Shown here: piece after piece, positions 50,194-59,440 of the stretch
Position numbering within the stretch: the first letter of the stretch is position 1
Layout: the number at the start of each line of letters is the position of its first letter
Made by a program: the position numbers and the translations under genes
The notes under the pieces: generated by a model
Seen by the model: only the letters and a program-made list of their open reading frames with translations
Database searches by the model: none
Told to the model about the DNA's origin: nothing
From: Spirochaetia bacterium
GTDB lineage: Bacteria; Spirochaetota; Spirochaetia; DSM-2461
Length of the DNA: 64,000 nucleotides
Assembly (NCBI GenBank): GCA_963668315.1
Contig: OY764216.1
Location: 2,208,001-2,272,000, forward strand
Direction: 5' to 3'

Positions 50194-50559
50194 ATGTACA
50201 GCGTAAGAGTAGAAGCGGATTTTGCCGCCGCCCATTTTCTGGTCAACTATCATGGAAAGTGCGAGAACCTCCATGGCCACAATTACAAGGTTTTCCTCCA
50301 CGTAAAAGGGGAGGAACTGGACGAAGGGGGGATGCTCTGCGACTTCGGCATCCTCAAAAAGGCCCTCCGCCAGGTCTGCAAGGAACTGGACCACACCAAC
50401 CTGAACGACCACCCCTTCTTTGCCGACGGCCGCCCCAGCGCCGAAAAAATTGCCCGGTACATCTTCGATCAGGTGGAAACCCTCATCGCCCCCATCACTC
50501 CCGCCCGGGTGGACGTCTTCGAAACCGACACCAGCCGCGCCACCTACAGCCGGGACTAG
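50194..50559 (+). CDS. queD: 6-carboxy-5,6,7,8-tetrahydropterin synthase
   Basis: FAAAH, CENLHGHNY, LDH..LND, PSAE, E-T. Confidence 0.9.
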   Translation: MYSVRVEADFAAAHFLVNYHGKCENLHGHNYKVFLHVKGEELDEGGMLCDFGILKKALRQVCKELDHTNLNDHPFFADGRPSAEKIARYIFDQVETLIAPITPARVDVFETDTSRATYSRD

Positions 50560-50567
50560 TCCTTTCA

Positions 50568-50675
50568 CCGGCGAAGCCGGCTCTGCCGAGCCGGCCCGGG
50601 CTGTCCGTTCGAAGGGGCTCATCCCGGCCGCTCACTCCGGCTCACTCCCGCTCCGCCGGGCGCCCGGGGCCCCTA
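50568..50675. repeat. GC-rich multi-hairpin intergenic element (REP/MITE-like)
   Basis: CCGGC-GAA-GCCGG, GCCGGCTC-TGCC-GAGCCGGC, GCTCACTCC x2, AGGGGC...GCCCCT. Confidence 0.4.
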
Positions 50676-50724
50676 ACCACTGCCATCCCTTTCGCGTACC
50701 CGCCGTGTGTGATATAATGAACCC

Positions 50725-51237
50725 ATGGAAACTCTTTTCGTCAAAGTTCTGTTCTATCTGGCCGCCTTCGTGCTCTACGCCGTTCAGATCATCGGCATTC
50801 CGGGCAATTTCGCCGGTCCCCTTGTCGCCCTGATCTACCTCCTCGCCACCGACGTGCCCCTAACCTGGGGCCGGTTCGTTGTTATGCTCCTTCTGGCCCT
50901 TTCCGGGGAGGCCATGGATACTCTCATGGGAATCTTAGGAGCCAAAAAGTTTGGCGCTTCCAAAAAGGGCATGACCGCCGCCGTGCTGGGCGGTTTTGCC
51001 GGGGCCCTGGTGGGGGGGATGATCGTCCCCGTGGCAGGCTCGGTCATCGGGGTTTTTCTGGGCATTTTTCTCTTCACCTTTCTGGTGGAGTTCCGCATTG
51101 AGGAGAAGGGAGTGGCCGAGGCGAAAAAGGCCGGCTGGGGCGCTGTTCTGGGAAGGCTGGCGGCCATGGCTTGGAAGTATGCCGCCGGGCTGGGAATCCT
51201 TCTGCTCCTGGCCTTTTCTCTTTTCAGAACTGCTTGA
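50725..51237 (+). CDS. DUF456 family membrane protein
   Basis: GIPG, AKKFGASKKG, Gly-rich TM segments. Confidence 0.85.
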   Translation: METLFVKVLFYLAAFVLYAVQIIGIPGNFAGPLVALIYLLATDVPLTWGRFVVMLLLALSGEAMDTLMGILGAKKFGASKKGMTAAVLGGFAGALVGGMIVPVAGSVIGVFLGIFLFTFLVEFRIEEKGVAEAKKAGWGAVLGRLAAMAWKYAAGLGILLLLAFSLFRTA

Positions 51238-51270
51238 TTTTTCCCGGCCTTTGGCCTAACATGAACACCC

Positions 51271-52458
51271 ATGAAAAGCATCGCCGAAATCAATGAGAAA
51301 ATTGCTTCGGGAAAGGCCGTCGTCCTTACCGCCGAAGAGATTATAGACTACGTGGAAGAGAAGGGTCTGGAGAAGGCCGCCAAAGAGGTGGACGTGGTCA
51401 CCACCGCCACCTTCGGTCCCATGTGCTCCTCCGGCTGTTTTCTCAATTTCGGCCAGACCAAACCGAAAATCCGCATTACCGAGGCCTGGCTCGACGACGT
51501 GCTCTGCTACTCGGGCATCGCCGCGGTGGACGTTTTCCTCGGGGCGACCGAACTCCGCCACAACGATCCGGCCAATATGTACTATCCCGGGGAGTTCCGC
51601 TTCGGCGGAGGCCATGTCATAGAAAAACTCGTGGCCGGGGAGAAGGTGCAGCTTTTCGCCCTCTCCTACGGTACCGCCGAGTATCCCCGCAAGGAGATCC
51701 GCACCTACATCGATATCAACGACCTGAATCAGGCCATCATGGTCAATCCCCGCAACTGCTACCAGAACTATAACGTGGCGGTCAACTGCTCGGACAAACC
51801 TATTTATACCTACATGGGCTACCTCAAGCCGCACATGAAGAATATCAGCTACTCCTCCGCGGGACAGCTTTCCCCCCTCCTTAACGATCCCTGGTACCGC
51901 ACCATCGGAGTCGGGACCAAGGTGTGGCTGGCCGGCGCCCAGGGCCATGTGTACAGCCAGGGCACTCAGCACGCACCCACCTGCGATCGCACGGAGAACG
52001 GCGTCCCCGCCGAAGGAGCCGGAACCCTGGCCCTGACCGGCAACATGAAAGAGATGGACAGCGAGTTCGTCCGGGGCGCCAGCTTCAAGGGCTACGGGGT
52101 TTCCCTCTCCCTGGGAGTGGGAATTCCCATTCCCGTTCTGGATGAGGAGGTCCTCAAAGCCACAACCGTCAGAAACCGGGATATCCGGGCGGCGTTGGTG
52201 GATTATTCCTCCGATTATCCCGAAGCGGTGAGCCGTGCCATAACGAGTTACACCTACGAGGAACTGATGTCGGGGCAGGTCGAATTCGAGGGGAGAAAAA
52301 TCCCCACCGGCTCCCTTTCCTCCTACAGCAAAGCCCGAAAAATCGCCGGCATTCTGCAGGCCGAAGTCAGGGACGGAAAGTTCCTCCTGGCCGAGAAAAG
52401 CGCCGACCTTCCCACGGCCCAGTCCAATTCGCCCATGCCTGCCAGAAAACACCCGTAA
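51271..52458 (+). CDS. Homocysteine biosynthesis protein DUF39 (aspartate-semialdehyde sulfurtransferase, MA1821-like, no CBS domain)
   Basis: EINEKI..GKAVV.TAEE, VDVVTTATFGPMCSSG, GGGHVIE, RNCYQNY, NDP. Confidence 0.9.
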   Translation: MKSIAEINEKIASGKAVVLTAEEIIDYVEEKGLEKAAKEVDVVTTATFGPMCSSGCFLNFGQTKPKIRITEAWLDDVLCYSGIAAVDVFLGATELRHNDPANMYYPGEFRFGGGHVIEKLVAGEKVQLFALSYGTAEYPRKEIRTYIDINDLNQAIMVNPRNCYQNYNVAVNCSDKPIYTYMGYLKPHMKNISYSSAGQLSPLLNDPWYRTIGVGTKVWLAGAQGHVYSQGTQHAPTCDRTENGVPAEGAGTLALTGNMKEMDSEFVRGASFKGYGVSLSLGVGIPIPVLDEEVLKATTVRNRDIRAALVDYSSDYPEAVSRAITSYTYEELMSGQVEFEGRKIPTGSLSSYSKARKIAGILQAEVRDGKFLLAEKSADLPTAQSNSPMPARKHP

Positions 52459-52470
52459 GGAGACGTCCCC

Positions 52471-52881
52471 ATGCCTACCCAGAAAGTATCCCTCTATTTT
52501 CCCAAATGTCAGACCGAAACCCCCGTTGTTTATCATCTTGTGAAGGACTATGATCTGGAAGTGAATATTTTCCGGGCCAAGGTCAATGCCGAAGAGGAGG
52601 GCTACCTGATTCTCGATCTTACCGGCGGTCAGGAACGACTCGACCGGGCCATGGAATATCTGAATTCCCTCGGTGTCCAGGTACGCACCTCCGAAAAGGG
52701 GCTCTCCTGGAATCCCGATAGGTGTACGGGCTGCGGAAACTGCCTTCCCCACTGTCCCACCGGAGCCCTTTACCGAACCGACCGGCTGACCATGGACGTT
52801 GCTTTCAACGGGGATAAGTGCATCGAGTGCTTCGCCTGCATCGACAACTGCCCCTTCGATGCCTGTTCCTCCCTTTTCTGA
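52471..52881 (+). CDS. NIL domain + 2[4Fe-4S] ferredoxin (MA1822-like)
   Basis: PVVYHLVKDYDL.VNI..A; CTGCGNC...CP and CIECFAC...CP. Confidence 0.9.
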   Translation: MPTQKVSLYFPKCQTETPVVYHLVKDYDLEVNIFRAKVNAEEEGYLILDLTGGQERLDRAMEYLNSLGVQVRTSEKGLSWNPDRCTGCGNCLPHCPTGALYRTDRLTMDVAFNGDKCIECFACIDNCPFDACSSLF

Positions 52882-52882
52882 T

Positions 52883-53626
52883 GTGAAGTTCCGGGAATTC
52901 TCCTACAAATCCGCTTCCTATCGCATACTGGCCCGGGGCTATGAGAAGGCGGCGGAAGCCATAGAACAGCTCAGGAACGAGCTGGAAGCCTATCTCCCCC
53001 TGAATCCCCCTTTTCTCGATTCCCTCGTGCCGGTTGATCCCGTGGAGCCCATGGCGGAGATCGTCCGGAGAATGCAGGACGCCTCCCTGAAAACTGGGCT
53101 GGGACCCATGGCCGCCGTAGCGGGAACCATTGCCCAGATGGCCTGCGAACGCTGCCGGGCCGCGGGCTTTCCCGAAGGGGCGGTGGAGAACGGAGGCGAC
53201 CTGTACCTTGACGTGAAGAGGGCGGTGACCCTGGGAATTTATGCCGGTTCCGATGTTTTCGGAGGACGGCTGGCCTTCCGCATCCCCGTAGAGATGATGC
53301 CCCTGGCCGTCTGCTCCTCCTCGGGAACCATGGGCCACTCCCTGAGCCTGGGGAACTGCGATCTGGCTACGGTTTTCTCAAAAGACGCGTCCCTTGCGGA
53401 CAGCGCGGCGACTCTGGCGGGGAATCTTGTCTCCCGGGAGGAAGATCTGGAACCGGCGGTCAAATGTATCCTGGCCATCGACGGTGTACAGGGGGTGTTT
53501 CTTGTGAAGGGTGATAAAATCGGCCTGGGGGGAAAGCTGCCCGAGCTGGTAGCCGTGGAGGAGACGGATATTACCGCCAAAATCAGCCGGGACCGTTCTT
53601 CGGCGAGCAGTTTCCCCGGTCAGTAA
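52883..53626 (+). CDS. UPF0280 / ApbE-like protein (COG2122, MA1715-like)
   Basis: GPMAAVAG.IA, ENGGD, CSSSGTMGHSLSLG, ADSAAT; GTG start. Confidence 0.88.
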   Translation: MKFREFSYKSASYRILARGYEKAAEAIEQLRNELEAYLPLNPPFLDSLVPVDPVEPMAEIVRRMQDASLKTGLGPMAAVAGTIAQMACERCRAAGFPEGAVENGGDLYLDVKRAVTLGIYAGSDVFGGRLAFRIPVEMMPLAVCSSSGTMGHSLSLGNCDLATVFSKDASLADSAATLAGNLVSREEDLEPAVKCILAIDGVQGVFLVKGDKIGLGGKLPELVAVEETDITAKISRDRSSASSFPGQ

Positions 53627-54171
53627 AAAACTTTATCCATAAGAATGTCATGGGGCTCCGCGGGAAGTTCGTCCACGATCTGGCAGGGGTAGGCCGTACC
53701 CGCCAGGATCAGATTTCCCCTGTCCTTTTCCAGATAACGGTCATAGAACCCTCCGCCACGGCCCAGCCGTCTGCCGTCCCCGGTAAAGGCCACACCCGGC
53801 AGGAGCATAAGGGGACGGGAGAAATCCTCCCCCCTTCCTGAGGGAAGACGGCGGTCCGGCTCGTAGATACCCCATTTATTGGGAACTAATTCTGTCTTAA
53901 CCAGAGAATGGACTCGGCGGAAAGTCATCTCCTTTCCTGCAATCAGGGGCAGAAAAACCGGAATATTCTCCTTTAAAGCCTCGTTCAGCAGGGGGAGAAG
54001 ATTCGTCTCCCTCCTAAAGGGATAGTAAGCGAAAAGAGCGTCCGCCTCCCGATACTCCGGTGATGTCCGGATTGACCGGCATAAGTTTCGGGAGAAAGCT
54101 TTTTCCTCTTCCGGGGAAAGCCGATTTATGCGGGCGGCCATCTCCTTTCTCAGGGAATCCTTAGAAAACAT
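53620..54171 (-). CDS. 5-formyltetrahydrofolate cyclo-ligase
   Basis: K..LR, GIYEP, PGVAF, RLGRGGGFYDRYL, EPHD. Confidence 0.92.
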   Translation of the reverse strand: MFSKDSLRKEMAARINRLSPEEEKAFSRNLCRSIRTSPEYREADALFAYYPFRRETNLLPLLNEALKENIPVFLPLIAGKEMTFRRVHSLVKTELVPNKWGIYEPDRRLPSGRGEDFSRPLMLLPGVAFTGDGRRLGRGGGFYDRYLEKDRGNLILAGTAYPCQIVDELPAEPHDILMDKVFY

Positions 54172-55300
54172 AGTCCTGGGAGATCTTTTTGAGGGTCGCC
54201 GTGAAGCGGGCCAGTTCATCCCGGCCTGTCGTCGGGCCGAGGGAGATCCGTATGGAGCAGTGGGCCGTTTTCTCGTCCACCCCCATGGAAAGCATGCCCT
54301 GGGTGCGGCTTTTTTTGTTGGAGGAACAGGCCGAACCGGTGGAGACGGCAAAACCCTCCTCATTCAGAATCCTCTGCAACACTTCCCCGGGAAGGGGAGG
54401 GAGGGAGATATTAAAAATCGAAGGGGCAAAGTGCTCCGGCTCTTCCCGGCGGGCGGGCGGATTGAACACGACTTTCTCCATCCCTTTCAACTGGCTGAGC
54501 AGAAAGTCCGAGGCCTCTCTGGCCCAGGGATTTCCCCATTTTTCCAGGCTCAGGGCCATGGCATGGCTGTTGAAAAGGCTCTCCGTGCCCGGGCGGATTC
54601 CTTTCTCCTGTCCGCCGCCCCGGTAGAGAACGGCCTGATCCTTTTTCAAATAGAGGAGTCCCGCTCCTTTGGGGCCCCTGAGCTTGTGGGCGCTGAATGA
54701 GGCGGAATCCAATCCGGAAGCTTCCAGGTCAAGGGAAATCTTACCGGGAGCCTGAACCATATCGCTGTGAAAATGGATGGGACGGCTGCCCTCTTCCCTT
54801 TCAAAGGTCCTCACTGTCCGAACGAGTTCGTCAATCGGCTGAATCGCTCCGGTTTCGTTATGGACGGCCATCAGGGAGACCATACGGGTGTTCTTATCCA
54901 GGAGACGGGCCAGCTTTTCCGGGGAGAGAATCCCGTTGGTCTCCGGTTTAAGGAGTTTCACTTCGGCCCCTTTCTTTTTCATAAGCTCCTGGGGCTCGGA
55001 GAGGGAAGGGTGCTCAAGGGAGGAGATGATCATTCTTCCCGGGTTCCTGTCGGCCAGCCGGGAAAGGAGAACGAGGTTGTTGGACTCCGAACCGCCGGAT
55101 GTGAAGAAAAGCCTGTCCGCCGGGCATCGGAGCACGCGGGCACAGCGCGCCCGGTCTTCTTCAAGACGCTCTTTCGCCTCCGTCCCCAGTTCGTGCTGGG
55201 AAGAGGGATTGCCCGGATATTTCAGGGACCACTCCAGGGCCTCGCGGTAGATCTCCTCATCGGGAGAAGCCGTGGCGGCCCAGTCCAGATAAAGAATCAT
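54161..55300 (-). CDS. iscS: Cysteine desulfurase (IscS/NifS class I)
   Basis: YLDWAAT, GNPSS.H, TSGGSESNN, SAHKLRGPKG, STGSACSS. Confidence 0.9.
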   Translation of the reverse strand: MILYLDWAATASPDEEIYREALEWSLKYPGNPSSQHELGTEAKERLEEDRARCARVLRCPADRLFFTSGGSESNNLVLLSRLADRNPGRMIISSLEHPSLSEPQELMKKKGAEVKLLKPETNGILSPEKLARLLDKNTRMVSLMAVHNETGAIQPIDELVRTVRTFEREEGSRPIHFHSDMVQAPGKISLDLEASGLDSASFSAHKLRGPKGAGLLYLKKDQAVLYRGGGQEKGIRPGTESLFNSHAMALSLEKWGNPWAREASDFLLSQLKGMEKVVFNPPARREEPEHFAPSIFNISLPPLPGEVLQRILNEEGFAVSTGSACSSNKKSRTQGMLSMGVDEKTAHCSIRISLGPTTGRDELARFTATLKKISQDYVF

Positions 55301-56577
55301 GAAACGGGCCTCGGCAGATGGAAGTCCAGTTTGAATCCCTTGACCGTGGAGAGAATCTTTTTGATATGCAGGTAGTCCTTTTTCTCTATTTCTCCCGCTT
55401 CGTAGCGATCGATGAGATCGACATAAATCTCTTCCCAGCGGCTGATGATGGTGTCGATATAGTGGATTTTTATCCATTCCCGGGCTTCTTCGCTCATCTT
55501 TTTCTGCAGTTTGCTGTCTTTGAGAATTTCCAGCATGCTCTGAGCCATGATATCAATAGAACGGGGGGGAACAAGGAAACCGGTCCGGCTGTGCATAATC
55601 GTTTCCGAAACGCCCAGGGCATCGGCCCCCACGCAGGGAAGACCGCAATGAAGCGCTTCCAGCAGGGTGATCCCCTGGGTTTCCGTTTCCGACGCGGTCG
55701 CAAAGAGACGGCAGGCCCCGAATATCCCGCTTTTAATCAGCTCTTCGTGGGGAATCATTCCGGTGAAGATGATACGGGACGCCGCTTTCTTCCGGGATGC
55801 GTATTTCTCAATCTCCTTCCGTTTGGGCCCGTCTCCTACGATGAGCAGCTGAGCCTCGGGAAGGGCTTCGTAAACCTTCTCAAAGGCGTCTATGAGAATG
55901 TTGATGTTCTTTTCCTTGGAGACCCGGCCCACGTAGAGCACCGTCTTGTCTCCCAGCCCGTATCTGGTCTTAATCTCCTCCGAACGGGAATTGTCGAACT
56001 GGGAAGGATCGATTCCGTTGGACAGGGCGATTTTTTCCGTGGTGCAGCCGTGCTCTTCCAGAAGATTGATCATATTCTGGGTCGGGGCCGTTACAAGATC
56101 TGCCGCGTTGTAGTAGAGGTTTGTATAGTACCAGACCGATTCGGGAGTGGCTCTGACCACTCCGTTAAAGAGCTGTTCGTAGTAATTGGGGTCGGCAATA
56201 AGGGTATGGTAGGTCCCCACCAGGGGGACATTCAGCTTCCGGGCTATTTTAATGCCCAGATAGCAGGTGAAAACGGGCGTCATGAAATGGATAAGATCGA
56301 TTCCGGTCCCTTCCAGTTTTTCCTGAATTTTCGTCGTTCTCAGAGTAGACCAGCGGAATTCCTCATAGTAGGAGGCCGGAAGGGAAGGAACGTTCATCAG
56401 GGTGATATTTTTATGGAGAGACTGTAATTCCGGGGTGATGGTCGGGGACAGTATGGTGAATCTGTGACCCCGCTCCGCCAGGCGTACGGTGAGATGATCA
56501 ATGGAAGTGGTAATACCGTTCACAGATGGTCTGTAGCTGTCTGTAAAGATGGCAATATGAAGTGAGCGATTGTTCAT
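55297..56577 (-). CDS. GT4 glycosyltransferase (diacylglycerol glucosyltransferase-like)
   Basis: FTDSY.P.VNG, GTYHT, GRVSKEKN, ETQGITLLEA. Confidence 0.9.
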   Translation of the reverse strand: MNNRSLHIAIFTDSYRPSVNGITTSIDHLTVRLAERGHRFTILSPTITPELQSLHKNITLMNVPSLPASYYEEFRWSTLRTTKIQEKLEGTGIDLIHFMTPVFTCYLGIKIARKLNVPLVGTYHTLIADPNYYEQLFNGVVRATPESVWYYTNLYYNAADLVTAPTQNMINLLEEHGCTTEKIALSNGIDPSQFDNSRSEEIKTRYGLGDKTVLYVGRVSKEKNINILIDAFEKVYEALPEAQLLIVGDGPKRKEIEKYASRKKAASRIIFTGMIPHEELIKSGIFGACRLFATASETETQGITLLEALHCGLPCVGADALGVSETIMHSRTGFLVPPRSIDIMAQSMLEILKDSKLQKKMSEEAREWIKIHYIDTIISRWEEIYVDLIDRYEAGEIEKKDYLHIKKILSTVKGFKLDFHLPRPVS

Positions 56578-56709
56578 AGGGGCATCATACATCAATGGAG
56601 AAAAAAAGTCGAGAAAATCCAGCCGCTCCCTCTATTAATATTAAGAGGGACAGGGGGTGCAAAAAATTCTATTGAAACTTTATTACTAATTCTATATAAT
56701 AATTCTGTT

Positions 56710-57015
56710 ATGAATGATGAAAAACAGTGCTGTTCCAGAGAACGGATCGAAAAGACAGCAGAAAAGCTTAAAGTTCTAGGTCATCCTCTGCGATTGGAAA
56801 TACTCTGCCTTATAGAAAAGAACAGTTCCTGCGTCTCGGAACTGTGGAAATGTCTGGATCAGCCCCAGCCTGTTATTTCTCAGCATCTGGCAATCCTTAA
56901 AAACCGGGGTATTGTCGAATCTCAGACAAGCGGCAACAAGCGCATCTACAGCATTACCGATCCCTTCGTCAAGGAGATCATCGCCATCGGTCTGAAAAAC
57001 GGACCGGATTTCTAG
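56710..57015 (+). CDS. ArsR/SmtB family regulator
   Basis: KVLGHPLRLEIL, CVSEL, SQHLAILK. Confidence 0.92.
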   Translation: MNDEKQCCSRERIEKTAEKLKVLGHPLRLEILCLIEKNSSCVSELWKCLDQPQPVISQHLAILKNRGIVESQTSGNKRIYSITDPFVKEIIAIGLKNGPDF

Positions 57016-57078
57016 TTTTTGTTCCCTGGGTATACCGGATTTCTTCCCATGGCGGAAACGGTCGTATCTGATTAGAAT

Positions 57079-57771
57079 ATGGTAAAAATCGATCTGCACC
57101 TTCATACCAACCGTTATTCTCCCTGTTCCCGGCTCAGTCCGGAGGAGCTGGCGGCCATTGCCCCCTTCACGGGGCTGCACGGTATTGTTGTGACGGAACA
57201 TAACTTTTCCTGGACCCGGTCGGAAATAGAGGACCTCCAGAGTCAAACCGATTCTGTTCGCTTTTACCGGGGAATGGAGGCCGATGTCAGGGAGGGGCAC
57301 TTTCTGATTATCGGCGCCGATATGAAGGAAAAGTGGAAGCCCGGACGGACACTCCGGGATCTGGTTTCCCTGGCCGAAGAGCAGGACGCCGCGTTGATCT
57401 GGGCCCATCCCGGCCGGTTCAGCTCCCTTCCCGCAGCGGATGATCTTCCCGGGGAGTACCTCGCCCTGGACGGCCTGGAAGTCATGAGCGGGAATATTCA
57501 GGAAAAACACCGGGACGGCATCAGCCGGATGCTCGCCCTTTTGAAGAAACCCCAGGTCGCCGGATCGGACAGTCATATCTCCCTGACCCTGGGAACCTAT
57601 GCCACCATGTTTCCCGAACTTCCCCGCAATGAAAGGGAGCTGGCCCGTATGATAAAAGAGCCTTCCGGCGTCCCCTGGGCCAACAAAAAGGCTCTGATTC
57701 CCATAAACGGTAAATATAAAGAGGACGGAGAAAAGCTTCTGCTGTCGGCTCCGGGAGCTTCTAGTATTTGA
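57079..57771 (+). CDS. PHP-domain phosphoesterase
   Basis: DLHLHT, TEHN, AHP, GSDSH. Confidence 0.88.
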   Translation: MVKIDLHLHTNRYSPCSRLSPEELAAIAPFTGLHGIVVTEHNFSWTRSEIEDLQSQTDSVRFYRGMEADVREGHFLIIGADMKEKWKPGRTLRDLVSLAEEQDAALIWAHPGRFSSLPAADDLPGEYLALDGLEVMSGNIQEKHRDGISRMLALLKKPQVAGSDSHISLTLGTYATMFPELPRNERELARMIKEPSGVPWANKKALIPINGKYKEDGEKLLLSAPGASSI

Positions 57772-59440
57772 ATCCGCTGTTGCCGATGAATTCCCTTAGA
57801 AGAGAGAGTTTGGGGATGTCCTCCGAAGGAATGGGGGCAAAGTAGTTCAGAAAGGAGAGAAGGCGGCAGGCTTCGCTGTACTCCTCTTCCGTGGGTTTGA
57901 CGCTCTTTAATAGCGGTTCGGCCCAGCTTTTCAGAACTCCCAGTTCGTAATCCAGAGCGGAGTTGAATATGATGTCCGCCTCTCCCTGGTAGGGAAAAAT
58001 ATTCCTCTGTTCTCCCCGTCTGACCGATGGCCATATCCTTATCGTCGTATGGGCGCTGTAACCGCGGAACTGGTAGTCCCGCACCATGCGTCTTATCATG
58101 CGGTTGTCCGTTGTGGAGATGCGGTTGTTGTCGTCCAGGTTCAGCTGGGTCAGAGCGGATATGTAGATTTTATACTTCCGCTCCGCCGGAATGCGGTCGG
58201 TCAGCTTCTCATTCAATCCGTGAATCCCCTCCATGATAAGCAGGGAATTATCCTTTAGCTTCAAAAGCCGTCCTTTCTCCTCCCGGCCTCCCTTCTTGAA
58301 GTTGAAAAGGGGAATCTCCGCTTCCTTCCCGGCCAGCAGGTCAAGCAGATTTTCATTCAGAAGATCCACATCGAGGGCTTCCAGGGCTTCAAAATCCTGT
58401 TTCCCCTCCTCATCCAGGGGAATCCTGTCATGGGGGAGATAGTAGTCGTCCAGAGAGACCATGACCGGATCGTATCCCAGCGTCTGGAGGTTGAGGGCCA
58501 TCCTTTTGGTGAACGTGGTTTTCCCCGAAGAGGAGGGACCGGCGACCAGAACCAGGCGGATTTTCCCCCGGGTTTTTATATCGTGGGCTATATCGCTCAT
58601 CTTCTGCTCGTGGAGCGTTTCGGAGGTGAGGATGAAATGTTCCCTTTTGCTTCTGTCCATGGCCAGGGCATTCAGCTGGCCCACGCAGTGAACATCGAGA
58701 ATCTTTCCCCATTTCTTGTGTTCCTGGTAGATGGAGAAGAGCTTCGGCTCATCCCTGAAGGGAGCCATCTCGAGGGGGGAGCGGGACGGGGGATACCGGA
58801 GCAGGAAGCCGTCGGCATAGGCCTGTACTTCCCAGCGGGAGAGAACCCCCGTGCGGGAGACAAGGGGGCCGTGGAAGATCGTCCGGTAGCCGCCGCAGTT
58901 CACAATCATGATGCGCGGTTTGTTCTGTCCCTCCATCAGCGTGAGGGTTTTCTCGGCCCCGCCTCTTTTTTTGATCATCTCCAGAGTTTCCGAATAGTTC
59001 AGATGGGTCAGAACCAGGGGAAGATCCTGCTTTATCAGGTCATTCATCTCTGCGGTCAGAAGGGGGACCAGTTCGGTTCCGGCGGGCTTTTCCCCTTCCA
59101 GGTGATAGTAGAACCCGTTTCCCAGGGAGTGATCAATAACCAGATCCCCCTTGGGAAAAAGCCGGCTGAAGGCCATCTCCACAAGAAAGCAGAGGCTCTG
59201 GCGGAATATCCGGAGGCCTTCCCTGTCATTGAGGTAGATGGCTTCCAGATCGCCGTTGATATCCACTCTGTGCTGGAGGGACAGGGTCTGGTTGTTCAGC
59301 TTTATTCCCACCAGGGGAAAACCGTGGTTTTCCCGCATTTCAGCGGGAAGGAAATCGTCGAATATCTCTCCGCCCAGAGGATGAATCATTCTGTCAGTCC
59401 CCTTGATCCTCAGGGACAGCTTTTTTCCGTGGTAACTCAT
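57761..59440 (-). CDS. Nucleoside (uridine) kinase with N-terminal ThrRS-like domains
   Basis: AGPSSSGKTT, SLDDY, EGIHGLN, RRMVRD, FNSAL.YE. Confidence 0.88.
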   Translation of the reverse strand: MSYHGKKLSLRIKGTDRMIHPLGGEIFDDFLPAEMRENHGFPLVGIKLNNQTLSLQHRVDINGDLEAIYLNDREGLRIFRQSLCFLVEMAFSRLFPKGDLVIDHSLGNGFYYHLEGEKPAGTELVPLLTAEMNDLIKQDLPLVLTHLNYSETLEMIKKRGGAEKTLTLMEGQNKPRIMIVNCGGYRTIFHGPLVSRTGVLSRWEVQAYADGFLLRYPPSRSPLEMAPFRDEPKLFSIYQEHKKWGKILDVHCVGQLNALAMDRSKREHFILTSETLHEQKMSDIAHDIKTRGKIRLVLVAGPSSSGKTTFTKRMALNLQTLGYDPVMVSLDDYYLPHDRIPLDEEGKQDFEALEALDVDLLNENLLDLLAGKEAEIPLFNFKKGGREEKGRLLKLKDNSLLIMEGIHGLNEKLTDRIPAERKYKIYISALTQLNLDDNNRISTTDNRMIRRMVRDYQFRGYSAHTTIRIWPSVRRGEQRNIFPYQGEADIIFNSALDYELGVLKSWAEPLLKSVKPTEEEYSEACRLLSFLNYFAPIPSEDIPKLSLLREFIGNSGFKY

